DNA of 64,000 nucleotides from Alphaproteobacteria bacterium (GTDB lineage Bacteria; Pseudomonadota; Alphaproteobacteria; CAAHEQ01; UBA3637): NCBI GenBank assembly GCA_017962565.1, contig JAGCVC010000001.1, positions 79,119 to 143,118 of the forward strand, read 5' to 3'. Shown piece by piece: positions 54,965 to 64,000 of this stretch (position 1 is its first letter; each line of letters starts with the position of its first letter). The notes under the pieces were generated by a model. It saw only the letters and a program-made list of their open reading frames with translations, ran no database searches and was not told where the DNA came from. The position numbers and the translations under genes were made by a program.

Positions 54965-55690
54965 ATGGATTTTTTGCCGGAAGATAAACGCTTTTATGGT
55001 CGCAGGCACGGAAAGAAACTAAAAAGCGGCAAACTTTTCTTAATGGAAAATTTATTGCCAAAAATCCAAATGCCAACGGCTGAAAATATGCCAAAAAATT
55101 TAAATACTCTTTTTTCTTTTAAACCACGCGCTTTGTGGTTGGAAGTCGGTTTTGGCGGAGGAGAACATTTAGCCGAACAAGCCAAGCGTAATCCCGATGT
55201 CGGCATTATCGGAGCAGAACCTTTTTTAAACGGAGTTGCAAGTCTGTTATCTCATTTAAACGGAACTTGGGGAAAAACAGCAAATACAGAACAATTGATT
55301 GAAAACGGGCGCACAGACAATGTGCGTATTTATCCGGATGATATTCGGCATTTGTTTGATGCTTTTTCTGATGAAACTTTTGAACGGATTTTTATACTCT
55401 ATCCGGATCCGTGGCCAAAAGCACGCCATGAAGACCGACGTTTTTGTAATCCAAAAAATTTAATTCAATTACACAGATTATTGCAAAAAAACGGACAATT
55501 AAGAATTGCAACGGATGTGCAACAATACGCCGATTGGGCTGTTGAACAAATAGAAAATAGCGGGTTGTTTGAACGTGTTAATAAAGATGTTCGCAAACCA
55601 TTTGAAGATTGGGTGTCAACACGTTATGAACAAAAAGGATTAAAAGCCGGACGCGTACCTACTTATTTGGTTTATACACCTAAAAAATAA
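54965..55690 (+). CDS. trmB: tRNA (guanine46-N7)-methyltransferase (start uncertain: 54929 or 54965)
   Basis: LEVGFGGGEHL SAM-binding site and the IFILYPDPWPKARH motif characteristic of TrmB. Confidence 0.8.
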   Translation: MDFLPEDKRFYGRRHGKKLKSGKLFLMENLLPKIQMPTAENMPKNLNTLFSFKPRALWLEVGFGGGEHLAEQAKRNPDVGIIGAEPFLNGVASLLSHLNGTWGKTANTEQLIENGRTDNVRIYPDDIRHLFDAFSDETFERIFILYPDPWPKARHEDRRFCNPKNLIQLHRLLQKNGQLRIATDVQQYADWAVEQIENSGLFERVNKDVRKPFEDWVSTRYEQKGLKAGRVPTYLVYTPKK

Positions 55691-55766
55691 AAAATTTTTG
55701 ACTATTTTTCATCAGGGGCTTTTTTTTATTGAAAACAATACCTATATATGTTAAAAGGTTTTCACT

Positions 55767-56903
55767 ATGGCAAAGAAAGATTTTTATGAAGTATTAGGCG
55801 TTTCCAAAAGCGCCACCGCATCAGAAATTAAAAGTGCATATCGGAATATGGCTAAAAAATGCCATCCCGATTTACACCCGAATGACAAAGAAGCCGAAGT
55901 ACAATTTAAAGAAATTACAGAAGCCTATGAAGTTTTATCCGATGCTCAAAAACGGGCTGCCTATGATCAATACGGACATGCGGCTTTTGAAGGCGGTGCC
56001 GGTGGTTTTGGCGGTGGTAATCCTTTTGGCGGTTTTGGTGGTGCCGGCGGTTTTTCCGATTTATTCGAAGAAATGTTTAACGGCTTCATGGGCGGATCAG
56101 CACGCTCGCAAGGTGATATGCGAACACGTGGTAATGATGTACGTTATGATTTAACCATCACATTAAAAGAAGCCTTTACAGGTGTGAAAAAACAAATTGA
56201 AATCAACACTTATGTTCCTTGTGAAAAATGCAATGGTAAAGGTGGCGATAGTGTTGAAAATTGTTCCACTTGCGGTGGACGCGGTCGTGTACGCAGACAA
56301 AGCGGCTTTTTCATGGTGGAAACACCTTGCCCCGCTTGTAATGGTACAGGACATGTGATTACAAAGCCTTGTTCGGATTGTAAAGGAACAGGACGCATCA
56401 AGAAAAAACAAGTTCTGGAAGTATCTGTTCCGGCCGGTGTAGATACGGGTGTTCGTATGCGTCTTGCCGGTAAAGGTGAAGCCGGATTAAACGGTGGTCA
56501 AAACGGTGATTTATATATTTTCATTACCGTAGAAGAAGGTAAATTATTTACCAGACAAGATCGCGATTTATACTGTTCTGTTCCAATTTCGATGACAATG
56601 GCTGCGTTGGGCGGTTCAATCCAAATACCGACCATTGACGGCGGAACCGAAAAAGAAACAATTAAAGTTGCGGCCGGTACACAAAGCGGAACAGAAGTTA
56701 AAATCAAAGGACGCGGTATGCCTGTTATGCGCGGATCTGCCCGCGGTGATTTATATGTAACTTTAAATGTGGAAACACCGACAAATCTGACAAAGCGTCA
56801 AAAAGAATTGTTGGAAGAATTTGATGCTGAAGATACAGGAAAATCCACCCCAAAAACAAACGCCTTTTGGGAAAATATCAAAAAGATTTTTGAATCGCTT
56901 TAA
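55767..56903 (+). CDS. dnaJ: chaperone DnaJ
   Basis: J-domain with HPD, G/F-rich region, and four CxxCxGxG zinc-finger repeats. Confidence 0.95.
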   Translation: MAKKDFYEVLGVSKSATASEIKSAYRNMAKKCHPDLHPNDKEAEVQFKEITEAYEVLSDAQKRAAYDQYGHAAFEGGAGGFGGGNPFGGFGGAGGFSDLFEEMFNGFMGGSARSQGDMRTRGNDVRYDLTITLKEAFTGVKKQIEINTYVPCEKCNGKGGDSVENCSTCGGRGRVRRQSGFFMVETPCPACNGTGHVITKPCSDCKGTGRIKKKQVLEVSVPAGVDTGVRMRLAGKGEAGLNGGQNGDLYIFITVEEGKLFTRQDRDLYCSVPISMTMAALGGSIQIPTIDGGTEKETIKVAAGTQSGTEVKIKGRGMPVMRGSARGDLYVTLNVETPTNLTKRQKELLEEFDAEDTGKSTPKTNAFWENIKKIFESL

Positions 56904-56905
56904 AA

Positions 56906-57532
56906 TTATTTTTTCTTAAAGACAAATAAACTTTCATCAACCGGTTTATTCATTTCGGTTTCATATAGCCCGACCGTTGACTTAATTCCTTTTGCATCAA
57001 CCAATTCCCATTGACGAAAATCAACAGGATCAATGCCGGTAATTAAAGTCAATTCACCCAACTCTGCCTCTTTTGTTTTAACCGCGGAAATATGGTATTC
57101 ATCCAAATCTTGAACTATTCCCGTTACAGTAAATTCAGGATCGTCAAAAGTAAAATCCGGCTTTAATAAAATGGCTGCCGGTGTTTGATCAATTTCCAAA
57201 TAAGAAACTTGATCAAAACCTTTGTCATAGTAAATAAAATACATACCGTCCGCGACAAATTCTATATCGGAAGGTGCATCATAAATCAAACGCATTTTGT
57301 TGGGGCGTGACAGATAAAAATTGCCGTGTTTCATAAAATCACCATCTTTACTGGTAAATTCGGAAAAACGACTCTTCATGGTTTTAATGCTATGCAACAT
57401 CTGTTCGACTTTATCCAGAATGACACGATTTTCTTTGGTATCAAATTCTTTTGGCACAATTGCCAAAGCCGGCATTGCCAATAAACACAAAACAACACTT
57501 AAAATTAATTTTTTCATCTTTGTTTTTCCCAT
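56906..57532 (-). CDS. lolA: outer-membrane lipoprotein carrier protein LolA-like
   Basis: Signal peptide. About 200 aa. LolA-like beta-barrel pattern (F.Q....G......G.FYLSRP.K.R..Y), located upstream of ftsK as in many proteobacteria. Confidence 0.6.
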   Translation of the reverse strand: MGKTKMKKLILSVVLCLLAMPALAIVPKEFDTKENRVILDKVEQMLHSIKTMKSRFSEFTSKDGDFMKHGNFYLSRPNKMRLIYDAPSDIEFVADGMYFIYYDKGFDQVSYLEIDQTPAAILLKPDFTFDDPEFTVTGIVQDLDEYHISAVKTKEAELGELTLITGIDPVDFRQWELVDAKGIKSTVGLYETEMNKPVDESLFVFKKK

Positions 57533-58092
57533 TCTGATTTTAATTTTGAATATAAATACATATCACGATAAGACTTAAAAGTCGGATTATAATGCCACTC
57601 ACGCATTATACCTTCTTTTGTATATCCGCAACGAATAGCCACTTTTTCGGACGGCGTATTTTCCGTATCAACAATAATTGTTAAACGATTAAAACCACGT
57701 GCAAAAAAGTTATCTTCCAAAGCTCTTAGAGCTTCGGTTATATAACCTTTTCCGGCATATTCTTGTTTTAACCAATAACCGACTTCAGCCGTTTGCCGTT
57801 CATAGCTCATACTGTGTAAATCACAAGAACCGACAAAGTTACCATCCTTTGTCCAAACAGAATAACAAGGACCGTCCATATTTTCCCATTTTTCAGACAT
57901 TGAAGCAATCCATGCATACTCATCTTCCGGCGATTTTGTATTTAACATTTTATCTAAAAAACGAGTTAAAAAATCCCAGTTGTTTTTAATTGCGTTATAG
58001 AGCATAATTGCACAATCAAACGTTTTTTCATATGGCTTTAAAATCAAACGCTCTGTTTCGATTTTTTCATCAAAAGGCTTTTTTTCTATCAT
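57514..58092 (-). CDS. GNAT-family N-acetyltransferase, RimJ/RimL-like
   Basis: Motif A AEVGYWLKQEYAGKGYITEAL. Its ATG overlaps the ftsK stop (ATGA). Confidence 0.65.
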   Translation of the reverse strand: MIEKKPFDEKIETERLILKPYEKTFDCAIMLYNAIKNNWDFLTRFLDKMLNTKSPEDEYAWIASMSEKWENMDGPCYSVWTKDGNFVGSCDLHSMSYERQTAEVGYWLKQEYAGKGYITEALRALEDNFFARGFNRLTIIVDTENTPSEKVAIRCGYTKEGIMREWHYNPTFKSYRDMYLYSKLKSEWEKQR

Positions 58093-60266
58093 TTGTCATC
58101 TCCGACTAAAATTTCACGACGACCGGTTGGCGAAGCTTTTGATACTATACCTTCCTGTTCCATGCGATCGATTAAGTCTGCGGCTCTGTTATAACCGATG
58201 CCTAATTTACGTTGAATATAACTGATTGTCGGGCGCTTATCCGTCAAAACAATGTCAACTGCTTGTTGGTATAAATCACCACCACCGGCACCACCCATAG
58301 CTGTTCTATCAAAAACAGCCCCTTCATCCACGGGTACATCTGTATTTTCATCAATTGTAACTGCTTCATTATATTGTGCTTCACCTTGTGACTTTAAGAA
58401 GGTCACTACCCGTTCAACTTCATCATCACTGACAAACGGTCCGTGTAACCGAATTGGCTTAACGCCCGCCGGCATAAAGAGCATATCACCACGACCCAAC
58501 AATTGTTCAGCACCTTGTTCACCCAAAATGGTACGACTGTCAATTTTGCTGGTTACTTGGAAAGAAATACGGCTTGGGAAGTTAGATTTAATTGTTCCGG
58601 TAATGACATCAACAGACGGACGCTGTGTTGCCATAATCAAATGAATACCGGAAGCACGTGCTTTTTGAGCAATACGTTGAATGGCAATTTCAACATCTTT
58701 TCCGGCTGTCAACATTAAATCCGCCATTTCATCAACAATTACAACAATGTACGGCAAAGGCGTTAAATCCATTTCCTGTGTTTCGATAATCGGACGACCC
58801 GTTTCAGGATCAAAACCTGTTTGAATTTGGCGCGTTAAAGTCTTACCCGCTGCAATCGTATCGGCGATTTTTTTGTTATAACCTTCGATATTACGAACAC
58901 CCATTGTTGCCATTGCTTTATAACGATCGTCCATTTCTTTAACTGCCCATTTTAAAGCAACAACCGCTTTTCCCGGCTCGGTTACAACCGGAGTCAACAA
59001 ATGCGGAATACCATTATAAACAGATAATTCCAACATTTTTGGGTCAACCATTATCAATTTACATTGACTTGGCGTAAAACGGTAAAGCAATGATAAAATC
59101 ATCGTATTGATACCGACAGACTTACCGGAACCGGTCGTACCGGCAACCAACAAGTGCGGCATTTTTGCTAAATCGGCAAACACCGGATTACCACCGATAT
59201 TTTTACCCAAAATCAACGGCAAAGTACCTGTATTATCCGCAAAAGCATTTGTATCCATAATTTCTTTAATATACACGGTTTGCCGTGTTTTATTCGGAAT
59301 TTCTATACCAATCACGGAAGATCCCGGCACAACCGCCATACGAACGGAAACAACACTCATCGCACGTGCCATATCTTCAGCCAAACCGATTACGCGAGCT
59401 GTCTTAACACCGGCCGCCGGTTCAAATTCATACAAAGTCACAACCGGCCCCGGACTGACACGAACAACTTCACCCTTCACACCAAACTGAGCCAAAATAC
59501 TTTCCAACCGGCGCGATACATTATCCATCATTTCGCGTGTCAAATTTTCTTTATTTTGAGCTTTTGGTTCATCCAACAAATCAACAGAAGGCAAAACAAA
59601 TCCGTCTGTTTGTTTTTTACGAACCGGTGCAGGCGCACTGACTTTTGCTTTTTTACGTTCAGCGGGTTTAGGTGCAACCAGCTTTGGTTTTATAACCGGC
59701 TTTTGAACAGGAACAACCTTATCCACTTTACCTTTCAGCAATTTATTCACCAAAACACGTGCATAATAATATGTCCATAAAGCAATTTTTTTCACCGGCA
59801 CGTTTAATACATAAATCAAACCCACAATAAATAAAGTCCACAACAAAAATGCTGTCCAAAAACCAATGGCCGGTAAAAAACGATAAAATAAAGCCCCTAT
59901 TACACCGCCACATTGAGCACTATCATCCAATCCCATCGGTGCACATAAAAAGCACATCAACAAAATCAACAAAACACAAATGCAGCGCTTTAACCACAAT
60001 AAATGAATCGGCCAATGCATGGTTTTAAACAAAATGTGTGTTCCGGCAAAGATAACAAATAACCAAGACACAACGCCAAATGTTTGCATAAATAAATCAG
60101 CTGTATAAGATCCAAAAACACCCAAATAATTATGTACATGGCCGGATGAAGAAGATACATTCAACGAATCATCGGCACTATCATAGGAAAACAAGATAGC
60201 CACGAAGACCAATAACAAAGCAACGTCTAAAGCAACTTTCAAAACAGCTGTGATTTTCTTTAACAT
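58089..60266 (-). CDS. ftsK: DNA translocase FtsK
   Basis: N-terminal 4-TM domain, Pro/Lys-rich linker, and motor domain with Walker A GTTGSGKS plus the C-terminal gamma (winged-helix) domain. Confidence 0.93.
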   Translation of the reverse strand: MLKKITAVLKVALDVALLLVFVAILFSYDSADDSLNVSSSSGHVHNYLGVFGSYTADLFMQTFGVVSWLFVIFAGTHILFKTMHWPIHLLWLKRCICVLLILLMCFLCAPMGLDDSAQCGGVIGALFYRFLPAIGFWTAFLLWTLFIVGLIYVLNVPVKKIALWTYYYARVLVNKLLKGKVDKVVPVQKPVIKPKLVAPKPAERKKAKVSAPAPVRKKQTDGFVLPSVDLLDEPKAQNKENLTREMMDNVSRRLESILAQFGVKGEVVRVSPGPVVTLYEFEPAAGVKTARVIGLAEDMARAMSVVSVRMAVVPGSSVIGIEIPNKTRQTVYIKEIMDTNAFADNTGTLPLILGKNIGGNPVFADLAKMPHLLVAGTTGSGKSVGINTMILSLLYRFTPSQCKLIMVDPKMLELSVYNGIPHLLTPVVTEPGKAVVALKWAVKEMDDRYKAMATMGVRNIEGYNKKIADTIAAGKTLTRQIQTGFDPETGRPIIETQEMDLTPLPYIVVIVDEMADLMLTAGKDVEIAIQRIAQKARASGIHLIMATQRPSVDVITGTIKSNFPSRISFQVTSKIDSRTILGEQGAEQLLGRGDMLFMPAGVKPIRLHGPFVSDDEVERVVTFLKSQGEAQYNEAVTIDENTDVPVDEGAVFDRTAMGGAGGGDLYQQAVDIVLTDKRPTISYIQRKLGIGYNRAADLIDRMEQEGIVSKASPTGRREILVGDDK

Positions 60267-60904
60267 TTGCGACCTTTCTTTTCTGTATCATCAATAGCGG
60301 TATTCATCTTTAAAATCGTCATCAAAGTACGAACACATTGATGAATATCTCCACATTCCAATAATGCTTGCTTTTCTGTTGAATCAAAAGGCAAAATAGA
60401 CGTGATTGTTGCAACCAGTCTGCGAATGGGTAATTTTTCCAACAATTCTACTTTTATATCAATACATTTTGTTTTTAAATAAATGTCCAATGCGTACAAA
60501 AGCGGTTGTTTTTCGATATTTTCGGCCGGTGTCATATCGGATGCAAAGGATGTATAATCCACATGGACAACCGGATAAGAATCACAAACGTCTTCCTTTA
60601 ACACATTGAATCGACAAACACCGATTAAATAAACCATCAAGCTGTCATCTTCATTTTCGGTAAAACCGCAAATTCGTGCAGCACAACCTTTTCCATAAAG
60701 CTTTTTATCACTTTTGCGTTGAATTGTCGCCAACATACGTCCATGTGCCAACGCCCAAAAAATCATTGAAATTTGCCGAAAATCCGTCAAACGAATGGAA
60801 AATTTGCCGTCCGGCATTAATACCATATCTGCCAACGGCAACAACGGCAACATCGTTGGCATCTGTCCCATATTTAAATCAAAAAAATTAACCGGTTTTA
60901 TCAT
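60260..60904 (-). CDS. LON-N (Lon protease substrate-binding)-domain-like protein
   Basis: N-terminus PLLPLADMVLMPDGKFSIRL resembles the LON-domain start (PLFPL...VLFPG..LPL.IFE.RY). 214 aa. Confidence 0.35.
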   Translation of the reverse strand: MIKPVNFFDLNMGQMPTMLPLLPLADMVLMPDGKFSIRLTDFRQISMIFWALAHGRMLATIQRKSDKKLYGKGCAARICGFTENEDDSLMVYLIGVCRFNVLKEDVCDSYPVVHVDYTSFASDMTPAENIEKQPLLYALDIYLKTKCIDIKVELLEKLPIRRLVATITSILPFDSTEKQALLECGDIHQCVRTLMTILKMNTAIDDTEKKGRKC

Positions 60905-60951
60905 GTTTTAAAGCATAGCTGAAAACCACCCCTTTTGTCCAGTAAAAAATA

Positions 60952-60986
60952 TAAAAAAGCCGGTAACATGAAGTTATCGGCTTTTT
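60952..60986 (-). terminator. intrinsic terminator of dnaK (AGCCGATAAC-TTCAT-GTTACCGGCT plus a U-run on the minus strand)
   Basis: 10-bp stem (one wobble pair) and T-run, 20 nt after the dnaK stop. Confidence 0.6.
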
Positions 60987-61007
60987 GCACTTTAAGGAGA
61001 AGGAAAA

Positions 61008-62924
61008 TTATTTTTTAACTTCTTCAAAGTCGGCATCTATTGTGCCGTCATCTTTTTTGCCTGCATCTGCTCCGGCATTCTCACCACCGGCAGCACCGGC
61101 ACCCGCAGCGCCTTCAGCTTGCTGAGCTTTATACATAGCTTCGCCCAACTTCATGGATGCATTCATCAAAGCTTCTGTTTTGCTATTGATTTCGTCAAGG
61201 TTGTCACCTTCGGCTGCTTTTTTCAATTCTTCGATAGCACCTTCGATGGCCTTTTTGTCTCCTTCGGAAACTTTATCAGTAAAGTCTTTTAAGTTCTTTT
61301 CAGCTTGATGAATCATTGATTCAGCTTTATTTTTTGCTTCAATCAATTCACGTTTTTTCTTATCTTCCGCAGCATGAGATTCAGCTTCTTTGACCATTCT
61401 GTCGATATCTTCATCTTTCAAACCCCCGGAAGCCTGAATTTTAATAGCCTGTTCCTTACCGGTTGCCTTATCCTTTGCAGATACATTCACAATACCGTTG
61501 GCATCAATATCAAAAGTAACTTCAATTTGCGGCATACCACGTGGTGCAGGCGGAATACCGACCAAATCAAATTGTCCCAACAATTTGTTATCGGCTGTCA
61601 TTTCACGTTCACCTTGGAATACACGAATTGTCACAGCTGTTTGTCCGTCTTCGGCAGTTGAGAAAACTTGTGATTTACGTGTCGGAATTGTTGTATTTCT
61701 GTCAATCAAACGTGTGAATACACCGCCCAAAGTTTCAATACCCAATGACAACGGAGTTACATCCAACAACAAAACATCTTTAACATCACCTTTTAACACA
61801 CCGCCTTGAATAGCAGCACCCATTGCAACAACTTCATCCGGGTTAACACCTTTGTGTGGTTCTTTACCAAAGAAGTTTGAAACGATTTCTTGAACTTTCG
61901 GCATACGAGTCATACCGCCGACCAAAATCACTTCGTCAATTTCTTTTTCGGTTACACCGGCATCTTTTAAAGCCTTACGGCAAGGTTCCAAAGTTCTGTC
62001 AAGCAAATCACCAACCAAACTTTCCAATTTAGAACGGGAAATTGTTACGTTCAAATGTTTCGGACCGGTTGCATCTGCTGTAATAAACGGCAAGTTAACA
62101 TCCGTTGATGTTTGGCTGGACAATTCAATTTTTGCTTTTTCAGCAGCTTCTTTCAAACGTTGTAAAGCCATTCTGTCTTGACGTAAATCAATGCCGTTTT
62201 CTTTTTTGAATTCGTCTGCCAAATAATCAATAACACGCATATCAAAGTCTTCACCACCTAAGAACGTATCACCGTTTGTGGCTTTAACTTCAAATACACC
62301 ATCGCCAATTTCCAAAACGGAAACATCGAATGTACCACCACCTAAGTCATAAACAACAATTGTACCGGATTTTTTCTTTTCCAAACCATAAGACAAAGCA
62401 GCGGCTGTCGGTTCGTTAATAATACGCAACACGTTCAAACCGGCAATTTTACCGGCATCTTTTGTTGCCTGACGTTGTGAGTCATCAAAGTAAGCCGGAA
62501 CAGTAATGATGGCATCCGTTACTTTTTCGCCCAAATAACTTTCGGCATCTTCTTTCAATTTTTGCAATACGAAAGCAGAAACTTGGCTTGGAGCGTATTT
62601 TTCGTCACGAACTTCCACCCAAGCATCCCCGTTATCGCCGGAAACAATTTTGTATGGAACAAGGTTTTTGTCTTTTTCAACAACTTTATCATTATAACGA
62701 CGACCGATTAAACGTTTGATTGCAAACAACGTTCCTTCCGGATTTGTAACGGCTTGACGTTTTGCCGGTTGACCGACCAATCTTTCGCCTTTATTTGTGA
62801 AAGCCACCATAGATGGCGTTGTACGCGCACCTTCGCGGTTTTCAATTACTTTTGGCTCTGTGCCTTCCATAATGGCGACACAAGAGTTTGTAGTACCTAA
62901 GTCAATACCAATAATTTTGCTCAT
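61008..62924 (-). CDS. dnaK: chaperone DnaK (Hsp70)
   Basis: Hsp70 signatures [29 protein letters not shown]. 638 aa. Confidence 0.97.
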   Translation of the reverse strand: MSKIIGIDLGTTNSCVAIMEGTEPKVIENREGARTTPSMVAFTNKGERLVGQPAKRQAVTNPEGTLFAIKRLIGRRYNDKVVEKDKNLVPYKIVSGDNGDAWVEVRDEKYAPSQVSAFVLQKLKEDAESYLGEKVTDAIITVPAYFDDSQRQATKDAGKIAGLNVLRIINEPTAAALSYGLEKKKSGTIVVYDLGGGTFDVSVLEIGDGVFEVKATNGDTFLGGEDFDMRVIDYLADEFKKENGIDLRQDRMALQRLKEAAEKAKIELSSQTSTDVNLPFITADATGPKHLNVTISRSKLESLVGDLLDRTLEPCRKALKDAGVTEKEIDEVILVGGMTRMPKVQEIVSNFFGKEPHKGVNPDEVVAMGAAIQGGVLKGDVKDVLLLDVTPLSLGIETLGGVFTRLIDRNTTIPTRKSQVFSTAEDGQTAVTIRVFQGEREMTADNKLLGQFDLVGIPPAPRGMPQIEVTFDIDANGIVNVSAKDKATGKEQAIKIQASGGLKDEDIDRMVKEAESHAAEDKKKRELIEAKNKAESMIHQAEKNLKDFTDKVSEGDKKAIEGAIEELKKAAEGDNLDEINSKTEALMNASMKLGEAMYKAQQAEGAAGAGAAGGENAGADAGKKDDGTIDADFEEVKK

Positions 62925-63072
62925 TTTTATTCTCCTTCAAGTTAAAATTTCCTGTCGAGAAGTCATATAATGCGTACTATTGTATTTTTCAAGACCTAAA
63001 ATTAAAAAAAAGTTTGATTTTTTTTATAAAGCATTTAATATTGTTATCGAGCAACTTAAAAAGGATGAAAAA

Positions 63073-64000
63073 ATGCTTACTGACATTTATCTTGTTCTTC
63101 AAAATTATTTGCCAGAGTTAATAGGGGCTCTGCTTGTTGCGAACGCTTTGTTTTTTTTGGGACAAAACGATAAGTTAGGAAAAAATAATTTAATCTTTGC
63201 ATCTTTGGCTTTTTTGATTTTAAGCCTAAAAGATTTATTTAATGTTGTTGTTTATATCAGTTTTTTTAATATGGCAGAACAATCGCCTATCAACCCGAAT
63301 TTAATGGAATCTATCAGTGTCGCATTAACTTCGTTGTCTGCTATGTTAATGGTTGTCGGTGCCTTTGATTATTCAAAAACACTGGCAGTAATAAAGCAAC
63401 CTATTTTGGCAGCGGGTTGTATGTTGTTGTGGTATGGACTTTCATGGACGGCTTTGTTACCATTTGATTGGGCATCAAACCTACCTACAATTTATTTATG
63501 TGTCGGTATGACTGTTTTGGCTTTATTTTTCCTTTTTGTACACTTTACATCAAATGCCTATCGGTTAATAATTCCCGCCTTTGTTCTTTTTGGAATGGTT
63601 ATTTATTTATTTCAAACTCTTTTTATTAATTCAAAATACGTACAAGATATTTCGCCGTGGATTACAGAATCCGGCTTGTATGTTATATTGGTTTTAAGCA
63701 TTTATCGTTCTGCCTTAAAGCAGTTGCTTAAAGAAACGGGAGAAATAGCAAAGGTTTTAAAAGCCACTAAAGCAAAAATTCCGCAAATGATTCAATCGTC
63801 TCCTTTCCCTATTATTATTTCCGCCTTAAAGGATGATCGCATCATAATTGCAAATGAAAAAGCTTGTTTTTTATTCAATATTGATAAAAACAATTTAAAA
63901 CAATTTAAATTGGAAGAATATTTTGTTGACACAAATTCAAAAAAAGAATTATTACAAGATTTATCAACAACACCTTCCGTGGAAAATTTCCAATCAGTAC
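63073..64000 (+). CDS. partial (3'-truncated by window end) membrane sensor-like protein: about 6 TM helices followed by the start of a PAS-like domain
   Basis: Open frame from ATG 63073 to the window end with no stop. Hydrophobic helices, then ...IPQMIQSSPFPIIISALKDDRIIIANEKACFLF, which resembles a PAS N-cap. A weak GGATG region lies upstream. Confidence 0.4.
   Translation, partial: MLTDIYLVLQNYLPELIGALLVANALFFLGQNDKLGKNNLIFASLAFLILSLKDLFNVVVYISFFNMAEQSPINPNLMESISVALTSLSAMLMVVGAFDYSKTLAVIKQPILAAGCMLLWYGLSWTALLPFDWASNLPTIYLCVGMTVLALFFLFVHFTSNAYRLIIPAFVLFGMVIYLFQTLFINSKYVQDISPWITESGLYVILVLSIYRSALKQLLKETGEIAKVLKATKAKIPQMIQSSPFPIIISALKDDRIIIANEKACFLFNIDKNNLKQFKLEEYFVDTNSKKELLQDLSTTPSVENFQSV

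Noticed and set aside
1-64000. Prophage, transposon or IS elements, integrases and transposases.
   Set aside because: No ORF showed integrase (R..H..R..Y), DDE transposase or phage structural signatures. The accessory character rests on repeats and effector-like genes, not on identifiable mobile-element machinery.

Overview
This 64-kb window is low-GC (about 35%) and gene-dense. It most resembles an alphaproteobacterial chromosome segment from a host-associated or intracellular lineage. Supporting signs are the short HprK, EIIA-Man and NPr regulatory PTS trio, many SD-AAGGAG-type ribosome-binding sites, and ankyrin, Sel1, MORN and EGF-like repeat proteins.

Recognisable housekeeping genes:
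- rpmE and tRNA-Gln(CUG) at the left end
- a eda-kdgK operon
- secA, tRNA-Arg(CCU), hprK, a mannose-type EIIA gene and ptsH/npr
- an M23 peptidase gene, cysS and rpsT
- glgP, trmB and dnaJ
- lolA, a rimJ-like GNAT gene, ftsK, a LON-domain gene and dnaK

Between about 0.8 and 39 kb lies an accessory-looking stretch. Its parts, in order:
- an array of direct repeats derived from the 3' end of tRNA-Gln, bounding three single-gene membrane-protein modules
- a cluster of large effector-like proteins with no signal peptide: a tandem S41-peptidase-like protein, an HExxH-plus-MORN protein, a GNAT protein and a second HExxH protein, with a GNAT pseudogene fragment indicating module duplication
- a 974-aa triple-domain glycosyltransferase
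- a 1970-aa classical autotransporter carrying ankyrin and EGF-like repeats and an S/G/D-rich tandem repeat
- an OmpA/Pal-like lipoprotein gene coupled to a 1985-aa trimeric-autotransporter-type adhesin with Pmp-like GGAI/FxxN repeats and 35-aa stalk repeats

Other unusual points are a PHP-domain plus MalQ (GH77) fusion, a KDPG aldolase with a roughly 110-aa C-terminal extension, and two tandem paralogs with degenerate EAL-like C-terminal domains. I found no CRISPR array, integrase, transposase or rRNA gene. All calls rest on reading motifs in the ORF translations and nucleotide patterns; no database search was run.
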